A DNA stretch of 64,000 bases from Bacteroides fragilis (GTDB lineage Bacteria; Pseudomonadota; Alphaproteobacteria; Rs-D84). The first letter of the stretch is position 1. Each line of letters begins with the position of its first letter. Under the pieces are notes generated by a model that made no database searches, was not told where the DNA came from, and saw nothing but the letters and a program-made list of their open reading frames with translations. Location of the stretch: NCBI GenBank assembly GCA_963630775.1, contig CAVGNU010000004.1:859-64858 (forward strand). Reading direction: 5' to 3'. The position numbers and the translations under genes are program-made. This document shows, piece by piece, positions 48,871-57,455 of the stretch.

Positions 48871-48895
48871 AAAACGCCCCACACGGGGCGTTTTT
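48871..48895 (+). terminator. Intrinsic terminator of groESL
   Basis: aaaacgcccc-acac-ggggcg followed by ttttt. Confidence 0.75.
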
Positions 48896-49290
48896 AATTC
48901 CCCTCCATTGGGCCCCGCAAAATTGATAAATTTTGTGGGTGATTCCTTGGAGGGGTGTCGCACGCAAGTGCGACGGGGAGGGTTGCTGTTTAGTGATAGA
49001 GTGACATAGTTATATAGTGATGATAAAGGTTTAGAATATAGAACTTAAAGAACGTGTCGCCTGCGGACTGTGTGTTTTATGCATTATTAGCACTATTGTC
49101 ATTCCTGCGCAGGCAGGAATAGGGGCTAAGCAGTGCGAACGCAGTGAGCCAAATAAAAGAACCCTCCCCGTCGCTTTCGCGCTACCCCTCCAACGGAGGG
49201 GAATTTAGTACGTTCTAGAAAAAACTTGTCATTCCGTGGCTTGACCACGGAATCTAGGTGATATTAAAGGTGCGCCATCGGCGCACATAA
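48896..49290. repeat. Mosaic cluster of short palindromic elements (modules E/D, B-F-E', C-G)
   Basis: E is ttcccctccattgg...ccttggaggggtgtcgcacgcaagtgcgacggggagggtt, interrupted by D (ggccccgcaaaattgataaattttgtgggtg, 48911-48941). B is ttgtcattcctgcgcaggcaggaatagg (49096-49123). cccctccaacggaggggaa lies at 49185-49203. C is at 49226-49258. G is gtgcgccatcggcgcac (49270-49286). Confidence 0.8.
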
Positions 49291-49367
49291 TTTGAACTTT
49301 TTATCGCGCTTGCTATGTGAAAAGCAGGGTGCTAACGTGAATATAACAAGACAGGGGGAAAACACCA

Positions 49368-49940
49368 ATGAAATCGTTCACATTTGCCGTCGTGCTGGCA
49401 ATCGCACCAATCGCCGCCAATGCCGGCATATACAACACGGGAAATTGGTGGCCATATTTGACATCTGATTTCGGTATAACATATACCGATGCCACAATTC
49501 ACGGTTATGATATGGGCGGTTTCACCGGCGTGTTCCGCATCGGTGCGGGTGCGCGCAACGACCGCACGCGTATTGGCGTCACGTACCAGAAACGCGACAC
49601 AATCAGTGAACTGTTTTCATCATGGTTGACCCAGACGAACGCCACATTGGACGAACAGGCCGTTATGGTCAACGTGTCATACGACATTATTTCAACAAAT
49701 TGGGTCGCCGTGTACGTTGGCGCGGGGGCGGGCGCAAATTTCTATGATTTCAAATTGGAATACGACGACGACCGTCCGGATTATACAGACAGCGGCACGG
49801 GGGTCATAGGCAATCTGTCTGCGGGAATTGTTTTACGCATTTCACATCTGGGGATAACATTGGGGGCGGACTATGGCTATATATCGCACCCACGTTCAAC
49901 CACAATCACACCGCGGGTTGGCGTGAACATCAGTTTTTAA
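49368..49940 (+). CDS. Small outer-membrane beta-barrel protein (8-strand OmpW/Opa-like class)
   Basis: Signal peptide MKSFTFAVVLAIAPIAANA, alternating strands, and a C-terminal VGVNISF. Confidence 0.7.
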   Translation: MKSFTFAVVLAIAPIAANAGIYNTGNWWPYLTSDFGITYTDATIHGYDMGGFTGVFRIGAGARNDRTRIGVTYQKRDTISELFSSWLTQTNATLDEQAVMVNVSYDIISTNWVAVYVGAGAGANFYDFKLEYDDDRPDYTDSGTGVIGNLSAGIVLRISHLGITLGADYGYISHPRSTTITPRVGVNISF

Positions 49941-50718
49941 CCAAGCATTTTTCCAAGATTTTCTTTTCATCATCGGTGCGTTCGGCATCGGCGGACGCGT
50001 CGCGCCCCAGAATCCCAACGCATGATTTGAAATAGTTATCGTCCGGACACGCAAAGCATTTCTGCATCAAACTGGCGGAATATTTTGTGTATGTTTCCTT
50101 GGCCACACATCGTTTTTCTGTCTGATCCCAGAATTGCGTCCCAGAATCACACTTTACGCAAATATTGTTGGCGCTGATACCCTGATATTGGGTTGTTTCG
50201 CACGCAACACATGTGTTGGATGTGGCGGATTCAAATGCCTGAACATTACCGCACGGTTCAATACATGCGCTGTTACGTTTTATCGTCCCCGTTGGACAGT
50301 TGTCTGGCACAGTGCATTCAACCTCTGATATCGTGTTGCCACAAACGTCTGTGACAACCTCGTACGTGCATTTACCACTGGTCAACTGTTTTTCTGCGGT
50401 TGTACGTATTTCCCATGTTGTGCCTTCAACAAATTTACCCGCTTCGCTCAGTGTGCCATTACAACACCAGAATGTCCGCCCATTATGGGTAAAAGATTGG
50501 TGGTGATAGTACCAGTTTTTTTTGTTTTTTTTGATTGCCTTGTTTCCACGGCACGATTGTGTTTGTGCGCCACAGAACCAGTATTCATCGCTCTTGAACC
50601 AACTGCCGCCATCATCACACCAGCATTCGTTATTATATCCCTCATAAAACTTTGCATCGGCATTACCGGCCATAAACAAGCCAATCAGTATGGGCAGAAT
50701 GAATTTGCTTTTTGTCAT
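49930..50718 (-). CDS. Cys-rich exported protein (262 aa, 31 Cys) with C-x2-C-containing repeats
   Basis: Signal peptide MTKSKFILPILIGLFMAGNADA. The repeats include CPTGTIKRNSACIEPC, CVACETTQYQGISANNICVKCDSGTQFWDQTEKRC and CFACPDDNYFKSC. Confidence 0.65.
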   Translation of the reverse strand: MTKSKFILPILIGLFMAGNADAKFYEGYNNECWCDDGGSWFKSDEYWFCGAQTQSCRGNKAIKKNKKNWYYHHQSFTHNGRTFWCCNGTLSEAGKFVEGTTWEIRTTAEKQLTSGKCTYEVVTDVCGNTISEVECTVPDNCPTGTIKRNSACIEPCGNVQAFESATSNTCVACETTQYQGISANNICVKCDSGTQFWDQTEKRCVAKETYTKYSASLMQKCFACPDDNYFKSCVGILGRDASADAERTDDEKKILEKCLVKN

Positions 50719-50809
50719 TTTGTTTTCTCTCCATTGCAGCGCGTAGCAACGTACTTATTATCACCATAATAATACGTTAAATTACACTTTTTTGCAATCA
50801 CAATTTATG

Positions 50810-51095
50810 TTCATTGTCATTCCGTGGCGCGCCCACGGAATCTAGGTTATGGTGTTGCGCCATCGGCGCATATATTTGTCATTCCTGCTCCGGGCCCCGC
50901 AAAATCGTAAGATTTTGTGGGTGGGCAAAGGCAGGAATAGAGACTAAGCAGTGCGAACGTAGTGAGCCAACCAAAAGACCACCTCCCCGCTACGCGGTAC
51001 TCCTCCACAGGAGGAGAACTTGCTACGTTCTTGTCGCGGGCTAAGTTCCCCTCCGGTGGAGGGGTGTCCGCAGGACGGGGTGGTCTTTTTATCTT
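50810..51095. repeat. Second mosaic cluster of the same palindromic modules (C-G, B with nested D, F-E', E)
   Basis: C is at 50814-50846 and G at 50855-50870. B arms at 50876-50888 and 50931-50940 are split by D at 50892-50924. F is gactaagcagtgcgaacgtagtgagccaa. E-left-like ttcccctccggtggaggggtgtc lies at 51046-51068. Confidence 0.8.
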
Positions 51096-51659
51096 TGGGC
51101 GCGCCCAGAAGGATTCACTCGACCGTCGGATTGAAAATCCGCCGTGTCTGCGTGGCATTCGTGACGGCTCGCCTGCGTTAGCACTTGGCTTACCTACTCA
51201 TTGTCGAACCCTCTGGTCGGGTTCGAACCCACGGGCACACAACAATTTAATGAAAAACACCGCACAAGGCGGTGTCCTTCATTAAACTGGCGCGCCCAGA
51301 AGGATTCACTCGACCGTCGGATTGAAAATCCGACGTGTCTGCGTGGCATTCGTGACGGCTCGCCTGCGTTAGCACTCGGCTTGCCTACTCATTGTCGAAC
51401 CCTCTGGTCGGGTTCGAACCCACGGGCACACAACAATTTAATGAAAAACACCGCACAAGGCGGTGTCCTTCATTAAACTGGCGCGCCCAGAAGATTCACT
51501 CGGTATTTGCGCGTGTGCACAAATACCTGCGTGGCATTCGTGACGGCTCGCTTGCGCTATCGCTTGGCTTGCCTACTCATTGTCAAACCCTCTGGTCGGG
51601 TTCAAATCCTTGGACGCACAGCATAAATTAAACCGCCGACAAAGCGGCGGTTAAATTCA
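51096..51659 (-). repeat. Three tandem ~190-bp units, each ending (in tRNA orientation) with a copy of the tRNA-Arg 3' end (20 nt in units 1-2, one deletion in unit 3)
   Basis: Units are 51096-51287, 51288-51478 and 51479-51659 (the third is diverged). On the plus strand units 1-2 begin with tggcgcgcccagaaggattc, identical to 51660-51679 of tRNA-Arg; unit 3 begins tggcgcgcccagaagattc, a 19-nt copy lacking one g. Each unit also contains the hairpin cgtcggattgaaaatccgacg, the T-arm-like gggttcgaaccc and a terminator-like hairpin acaccgcacaaggcggtgt. Confidence 0.88.
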
Positions 51660-51736
51660 TGGCGCGCCCAGAAGGATTCGAACCCTCAACCTTCTGATCC
51701 GTAGTCAGATGCTCTATCCAATTGAGCCATGGGCGC
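51660..51736 (-). tRNA. tRNA-Arg (anticodon ACG)
   Basis: The reverse complement folds with acceptor GCGCCCA/TGGGCGC, anticodon loop CTACGGA, T-loop TTCGAAT and encoded CCA. Confidence 0.95.
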
Positions 51737-51792
51737 AACGGTCTTACATTCTATACAATTTTATTCCGATTGCAAGAAAAAATAACACTTTT

Positions 51793-52389
51793 TTATCGGC
51801 TGCCATGTCCGTGGTCACCCGTTCCGTGGTACAGTATGTTGAAATGCTGGCGGCAAACGGATTTATAATTACTGTCGCCGACCGCAATTTGCGCGCCCGC
51901 CCGTACGACGTTGCCGTTCGCGTCAAACCGCAAATGATGCGTCGCCAAATGCATACAGCCCTGAATCTGGCACGTGGATTCCAAGCGGTGCAGTTTCGCG
52001 CCAACCTCTATCAATCGGCGTGACGCGGGGAAAATATGTTCGTTGCTGTCCACCATCAGACCATAGCACATGACGATAATCGGGTGATTCTTGTTATCGG
52101 CAATTTTGACCAAGCGGTCAATGTCTGCGGGGCTGAAAAATTGCACCTCGTCAATCAGCACAATTTTTGTCCGTGGATTTGGCGTATAGTCCACCAAAGT
52201 TTCACGCACGGTCGCCGGTGCAGAAATTCCGATTCGCGAATCCACGTGATCTGCGCTGAAACGGTTATCTGTCTTTGGCTTTATGATTTCGGTCGGGTTG
52301 CCGTTTTTCGCCTGATTATACGCGTTGATAATCAGTTGCGCGGATTTTGAGCACCCCATCGTGCCATAGTGAAAATGCAATGTTGCCAT
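51793..52389 (-). CDS. tdk: Thymidine kinase
   Basis: P-loop GTMGCSKS, Walker B VLIDEVQFF, and a C-terminal Cys cluster (C..C...C). Confidence 0.92.
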   Translation of the reverse strand: MATLHFHYGTMGCSKSAQLIINAYNQAKNGNPTEIIKPKTDNRFSADHVDSRIGISAPATVRETLVDYTPNPRTKIVLIDEVQFFSPADIDRLVKIADNKNHPIIVMCYGLMVDSNEHIFPASRRLIEVGAKLHRLESTCQIQGCMHLATHHLRFDANGNVVRAGAQIAVGDSNYKSVCRQHFNILYHGTGDHGHGSR

Positions 52390-52420
52390 AGGTTGTTTCC
52401 CCTTTCTGATTTAATTGTTT

Positions 52421-53353
52421 TTATTTTACGCCAGCCATTTCGTTCAGGCGTTTGATGCGCAATTCAACTGGTGGGTGCGTGGCCATCAAACTGGACGCAA
52501 ATTCGCGCAACGGCCGCGGGTCTGCGATACATACCACCGCCATAGACGCCGTTTTGTCCAAGCATTCCACACGCGCATCGGTCGTGATTTTACGCAGTGC
52601 GTTCGCCAATGCCCGCGGATTGCGCGTAATCATTGCGCCGGTTGCATCGGCGGCATATTCGCGATTGCGCGACACCGCCATACGCAACAGTGGCGTGATA
52701 ATCCAGTTAAACACCATAAACGCCAGCCATACCATCACCAGTACCGCCGCGCCACCATTCTTGTTGTCGTTGTCGTTACGCACCCCGCCGTGCATAATTG
52801 TACGACCGATTACATCGGCGGCAAAGACCGTGACGCCAACCCCCGTAATCAACAACATGTCCAGACGAATATCGCGATTGCCAATGTGCGCCATTTCGTG
52901 TGCAATTACGCCCTGTAATTCCAACGGGGACAATTTTTCAATAATTCCGCGCGTCAGTGCAACCGACGCGTCACGCGGACTGCGCCCCGTGGCGAATGCG
53001 TTCATGGATGCGTCATCAATTATATATACACGTGGTGTTGGTAATCCCGCCGCCATCGCCACATTTTCAACCGCGCGGAAAATTTCACGGTTCTGGGCAT
53101 TATTATCATGGATTTCGGTGGCATTTGCCGCATTCAGCATCATGGAATCCCCAAACGCCCACGATATGCACAGCCATATTGCGCATGCGATAAATGTCGG
53201 CACGGCCACAGAAATTACGGTATTTAACGCCTGTGCGGCGGGCACGACACACCACGTGAACAAAAACACCAGCGCGATAAAAATCAGTGGAAACGCCGCG
53301 ACCAGAATTGCGGTCTTGATATTATTACTGCGAATGTGATCATAAACTGTCAT
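52421..53353 (-). CDS. htpX: Membrane zinc protease HtpX (M48)
   Basis: HEMAHIGNRD motif, 4 TM helices, and a C-terminal THPPVELRIKRL. Confidence 0.92.
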   Translation of the reverse strand: MTVYDHIRSNNIKTAILVAAFPLIFIALVFLFTWCVVPAAQALNTVISVAVPTFIACAIWLCISWAFGDSMMLNAANATEIHDNNAQNREIFRAVENVAMAAGLPTPRVYIIDDASMNAFATGRSPRDASVALTRGIIEKLSPLELQGVIAHEMAHIGNRDIRLDMLLITGVGVTVFAADVIGRTIMHGGVRNDNDNKNGGAAVLVMVWLAFMVFNWIITPLLRMAVSRNREYAADATGAMITRNPRALANALRKITTDARVECLDKTASMAVVCIADPRPLREFASSLMATHPPVELRIKRLNEMAGVK

Positions 53354-53421
53354 TTTATGCCCCGTTTGCTGTGCGCATTATAGTAAAAAATTCATCTGCG
53401 TCACCATAAAATATTTTTAGT

Positions 53422-54528
53422 ATGCGCCATGCATCAAAATATGATATAATCCACGTTGATATGAATGCAAGGTTCTGGGGATTTTTGGCGTGCTTGACGG
53501 GCTGGGTGGCGGTTGCCCACAGTGCCAGTTTATTACAGGCGCAATCATTCCCGAAAACGTTTAATAACCTGTCGTTCACCGACCGTATGGCGGTGCGGGC
53601 CGAAGGGTACGCCCCATTTGAAACCGAATACGACGAACAGGGCCGATGCATTTCGGGCTGTCCATATGCCGGCATGACCATAGAGGACGAAGAACAGGCC
53701 GTCGCGCGCCTGACCGATCAGGTGCACCGTGATTTGGCGGCATACCGTGCCCAGCGCGTGGCGGCGGCACGTGCCGCAATGGGGGCGCAGGTGACGGATG
53801 CGCAGACAGCAGACACCACGCAAAAGCCCGACACGTCAAATGTGTCAAATGCGCAATCGGACGTGTCTGTGCCATCAATTCCCAGTTTGCCGAACCTGCC
53901 GAAAATAATCGGTGGTGCGACGCAGGTTTCGCCACAGGCATTGACGCCACCAACGTACGTGCCCCAGCAACCAAGTGCACCAGATACGGAACAACAGGAC
54001 ACAGAGCAGGACGACCAAGAACCAGAGCAGGACGCGCCCGCGGCAACACGTACATGTAATCCATACGTTGCATCAACGCCAGTGGGCAATCCGTTACCGA
54101 CGGGATGTCCGTTGGGTGCAAACCCGATGATTATCACATCGCCATTTACAACATCGCGATATCACCCGACAAAACATGTGTATAAATCGCATCTGGGGGT
54201 TGATTTGCGTGCGGCAATGGGCACGGATGTATTCGCCACCGCCGCCGGCGTGGTCAGTTATGTCGGTAATGAACCCAATGGATGCGGAACGTATGTCAAG
54301 ATTCTGCACGCCAGCAATTATGCCACAACGTATTGCCACTTGAGTCAGGCATTGGTTTCCACAGGGGAACAGGTAGAGGCCGGATGTCGCATCGGACTCA
54401 GTGGTAATACGGGGGCCAGCAGCGCGCCGCACCTGCATTACGCGATTACGCCAAATGCAGCCCAAGGAAACAAGGTCGCCATTGATCCGACGACAATGAT
54501 TGAATACTGCACATTCAAAAATAAATAG
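53422..54528 (+). CDS. Exported M23-family peptidase with Pro/Gln/Asp-rich linker
   Basis: HLGVDLRAAMGTDV, GTYVKILH and GNTGASSAPHLHYAI motifs. The signal peptide starts at the internal ATG 53461 (MNARFWGFLACLTGWVAVAHSA), which is an equally plausible start. Confidence 0.85.
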   Translation: MRHASKYDIIHVDMNARFWGFLACLTGWVAVAHSASLLQAQSFPKTFNNLSFTDRMAVRAEGYAPFETEYDEQGRCISGCPYAGMTIEDEEQAVARLTDQVHRDLAAYRAQRVAAARAAMGAQVTDAQTADTTQKPDTSNVSNAQSDVSVPSIPSLPNLPKIIGGATQVSPQALTPPTYVPQQPSAPDTEQQDTEQDDQEPEQDAPAATRTCNPYVASTPVGNPLPTGCPLGANPMIITSPFTTSRYHPTKHVYKSHLGVDLRAAMGTDVFATAAGVVSYVGNEPNGCGTYVKILHASNYATTYCHLSQALVSTGEQVEAGCRIGLSGNTGASSAPHLHYAITPNAAQGNKVAIDPTTMIEYCTFKNK

Positions 54529-54903
54529 TTATTCTGATTTTTTGCGGTAAAAGCGCACGTCAAAACTGCCATTATTTATTGGCGCAAATTCCAAAATATA
54601 CGGTGTCAGAACGCTCTCGCGTGCCCAGACGGGGAACTTTTTATGCAAAATCCCACTTGCACCCGTGATAATCTGGGCGTGACGCACGCCGGATGTGGCC
54701 AAATCCATAATCGCGTGCCACGCCTGTTCTTCGGTCATGTGGTGCAAATCCAGACGCGCATACGCGGGCGCAACCGTCGGCGCGTCGGGTATCCGTTGCC
54801 CCAGTTTTAACTGGGCGCGAACCGATTTACCCACTGCGTGCGCATCGGGCGCAAATTCACGCATCGTCATTTTCTGGATATCTGATTCTGTCAGTTTTTT
54901 CAT
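54529..54903 (-). CDS. Smr-domain protein
   Basis: LDLHHMTEEQAWHAIMDLATSGVRHAQIITGASG matches the Smr motif (LDLHG...G.G). ATG 54903 avoids overlap with rlpA. Confidence 0.75.
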   Translation of the reverse strand: MKKLTESDIQKMTMREFAPDAHAVGKSVRAQLKLGQRIPDAPTVAPAYARLDLHHMTEEQAWHAIMDLATSGVRHAQIITGASGILHKKFPVWARESVLTPYILEFAPINNGSFDVRFYRKKSE

Positions 54904-54991
54904 GATACGTAAATCATACACCGCCACAAGGCATGTGCCAAGTATAAAAATACCCGCCACGGCGGGTATTTGATTTTTTGTGTATTGGTTA

Positions 54992-55873
54992 TTAAATGCT
55001 GTCCGCATTTACCCAACGACCGTTTTTCAACAGACCTGGGGCCATACCTTCGTTACTGCGCAGGGCATCAATAACCGCGCGTGCCTTTGGCGCATCCAGA
55101 TTCAAGATACGAACCTTGTACATGTCGCCTTCTTTGATAACCGATGCATCACCGTATGTGCGCATACGTGCGGCTAGGTTTTCCGCGCTGTCTTCGGCAT
55201 AAAATGCTGCAACCTGAACACTGTATTCGCCAGACGCGGCAACTGGTGCCGGTTGAGGCACTGGCTGCGCCGCAACTGGTTGCGCGACAACAGGTTCGGC
55301 CGCCGCCATCGTTGCGCCGATTGTTGCATTTTTAACCGCGGTTGATTGTTCTGGTAAAACCTGAACCTGAACCTTGGATTGGCCATTCATGCCAATTTTT
55401 GCTGCCGCTGCTGGGGACAAGTCCATGATACGTGTATTTACAAATGGCCCACGATTGTTCACGCGAACAACAACAGATTGACCATTGTCCAGATTGGTTA
55501 CGCGTGCAATTGTCGGCAATGGCAATGTTTTGCTGGTTGCCAACATCTGGTTCATATCAAAAATTTCACCGTTGCTGGTTTTTGTACCGTTCAGTTCAGC
55601 GGGGATAATGCCCGCGATACCAGTTACGTTATAAGTTAAATCTTCGGCGGGAATATACTGTACATTTTCCACCTTGTACGCACTGCCTACATAATATTTT
55701 GGTGCCGCCGCCATCAGGTACGCATCATTCAGCGATTGTTCGCCACCGGTTGTAACCAGTGTTTCTTCGCCAAAACCATCCGCACCATAACCCGCTGGTG
55801 CATTTGTCGCGCCGTTGTTTGCACAACCGGCCAGTAAAGCAGTCAGAACTGCCAAGGAAACTATTTTTTTCAT
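54992..55873 (-). CDS. rlpA: Septal ring lytic transglycosylase RlpA (lipoprotein, DPBB + SPOR)
   Basis: Lipobox LLAGC, a DPBB region (ATSKTLPLPTIARVTNLDNGQSVVVRVNNRGPF) and a C-terminal SPOR domain (YSVQVAAFYAEDSAENLAARM). Confidence 0.85.
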   Translation of the reverse strand: MKKIVSLAVLTALLAGCANNGATNAPAGYGADGFGEETLVTTGGEQSLNDAYLMAAAPKYYVGSAYKVENVQYIPAEDLTYNVTGIAGIIPAELNGTKTSNGEIFDMNQMLATSKTLPLPTIARVTNLDNGQSVVVRVNNRGPFVNTRIMDLSPAAAAKIGMNGQSKVQVQVLPEQSTAVKNATIGATMAAAEPVVAQPVAAQPVPQPAPVAASGEYSVQVAAFYAEDSAENLAARMRTYGDASVIKEGDMYKVRILNLDAPKARAVIDALRSNEGMAPGLLKNGRWVNADSI

Positions 55874-55946
55874 GATTTAGAACTCCTTACATTCTTATAA
55901 GAGTATTCTATCACATAAAAAACCGCGTTTCAACTTTATTATTACA

Positions 55947-57407
55947 CTAGATTTTTCGGTCAATCACATACGCAATCGGCAGGTAAATAATCCCGTACCC
56001 CGCAATCGCGGCAAACAATGCCCATATGCTGGTAATCGGTACAAACCATAACGCCACGCCCATAATCGCCGACAACACCGCAAAGAATGCAATCGCGCGT
56101 ATTGTGCGACCATCGTGCCGAACCAGCCCCCGCAACCGACATGCGCGCCCCAACAGATAGTTCTTCAAATACCCACTGGCCACAACGCCGATTGGAATCG
56201 CCAGATACCCCGCAAACGGGAACAGTATCAAGTACAATGCCGCCGCCACGCCCAATGAAATCATACTGGTGCGCACGGGCGTTTTTACATCTTGCGATGC
56301 ATACAGGGTTTTGCTGTAAATCTGGCTGACCATCATCGCGGGCAGGGCGAAAACCTGAATCATAATCGCCAATGCCACTGCATGGGTTGATGCCGCCGTC
56401 CATGCGCCATACTGAAACAGGTATCTGATAATTGGTTCCGCCAGCACAAACAGCCCCACAACACATGGCATAATCAGCATCATTGACCGACGTAGGGACG
56501 AATTTTGCTGAATATACACACTGCGCATATTCTTTTCAGCCAACGCGTTCGATATTGACGACATCAACACCGTGCCCACCGCCAATCCAATCATCGCAAA
56601 CGGTAATTGAACAATGCGGTCTGAATAATACAGCCACGAAACCGCACCGGACTGGAAACTGGCGACCAGTGTACCGACAATGATCGTAATTTGGTAAAAT
56701 CCGTTGCCGATAATACTGATGCCCAGCCGTCCAAACAGGTGTTTTATCCCCGGTGTCCAACGCGGCCGTATCAGGTGCAGACCGAAATGCTTTCTGCGAA
56801 TGCGCGCCCACAGGACGGCGAACTGAATCACGCCCGACGCCACAACCGTGCCCGCCATAATGTACAGAACACTGTCGCGTGCAAACATTGCCGAAAACAG
56901 CAGCGCGCCAATCAGCATAATATTCAACAGCACCGGCATAAACGCCGCCAGCAAGAAACGTGAAAACGCGTTCAATATCGCAGACAAGAACGCCGACCCG
57001 CACACAAATATCACATAGAAAAACATTATGCGCGAAATCAGCACTGTCAATTCCATTTTACCTGCATCACTGGCAAATCCGGGGGCCAATACCCACACAA
57101 CCAGTGGCATAAATATTTCAAGCAGAATCGTAATCCCCAGCAATACAACCATCAGCCATGAAAAGACATTCTTGGCAAAGTTGTCGTCCTTTTTCAAATC
57201 GGTGTACATGGGAATAAATATCGCGGACAGTGCCCCTTCGCCCAACAGGTCGCGGAATAAATTCGGTAATTTGAATGCCGCCAAAAATATGTCCGACAGG
57301 CGTCCCGCGCCCAGCACGCGCGCAATCAGCATATCGCGTACAAAGCCGAAAATACGACTGATGCCGGTCATCGCGCCGACCCCGAAAATATGTTTGCCTA
57401 GATTCAT
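55947..57407 (-). CDS. murJ: Lipid II flippase MurJ
   Basis: N-terminus GISRIFGFVRDMLIARVLGAGRLSDIFLAAFKLPNLFRDLLGEGALSAIFIP is typical of MurJ/MviN; ~14 TM helices. Confidence 0.92.
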   Translation of the reverse strand: MNLGKHIFGVGAMTGISRIFGFVRDMLIARVLGAGRLSDIFLAAFKLPNLFRDLLGEGALSAIFIPMYTDLKKDDNFAKNVFSWLMVVLLGITILLEIFMPLVVWVLAPGFASDAGKMELTVLISRIMFFYVIFVCGSAFLSAILNAFSRFLLAAFMPVLLNIMLIGALLFSAMFARDSVLYIMAGTVVASGVIQFAVLWARIRRKHFGLHLIRPRWTPGIKHLFGRLGISIIGNGFYQITIIVGTLVASFQSGAVSWLYYSDRIVQLPFAMIGLAVGTVLMSSISNALAEKNMRSVYIQQNSSLRRSMMLIMPCVVGLFVLAEPIIRYLFQYGAWTAASTHAVALAIMIQVFALPAMMVSQIYSKTLYASQDVKTPVRTSMISLGVAAALYLILFPFAGYLAIPIGVVASGYLKNYLLGRACRLRGLVRHDGRTIRAIAFFAVLSAIMGVALWFVPITSIWALFAAIAGYGIIYLPIAYVIDRKI

Positions 57408-57455
57408 GGTTTGGATTATACTGCTGTTCGTGATATAAAATCAAGGCAGGAATAA

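Noticed and set aside
50962-51631. Three overlapping ORFs (107, 91 and 79 aa) with near-identical sequences (MSNPLVGFEPTGTQQFNEKH...)
   Set aside because: They are simply translations of the tandem ~190-bp tRNA-Arg-linked repeat units. They have no RBS, and their frame is not maintained in the diverged third unit.
51096-51659. Possibility that the tandem repeats are a CRISPR array
   Set aside because: There is no alternation of short conserved repeats with unique spacers; the whole ~190-bp unit is repeated. No cas genes are in the window.
52452-53339. 295-aa ORF on the plus strand
   Set aside because: It is antisense to htpX, which carries HEMAH and TM helices on the minus strand. The composition is that of an antisense artefact.
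53576-54137. 181-aa and 139-aa minus-strand ORFs
   Set aside because: They are antisense to the Pro/Gln-rich linker of the M23 peptidase gene. Their composition is low-complexity.
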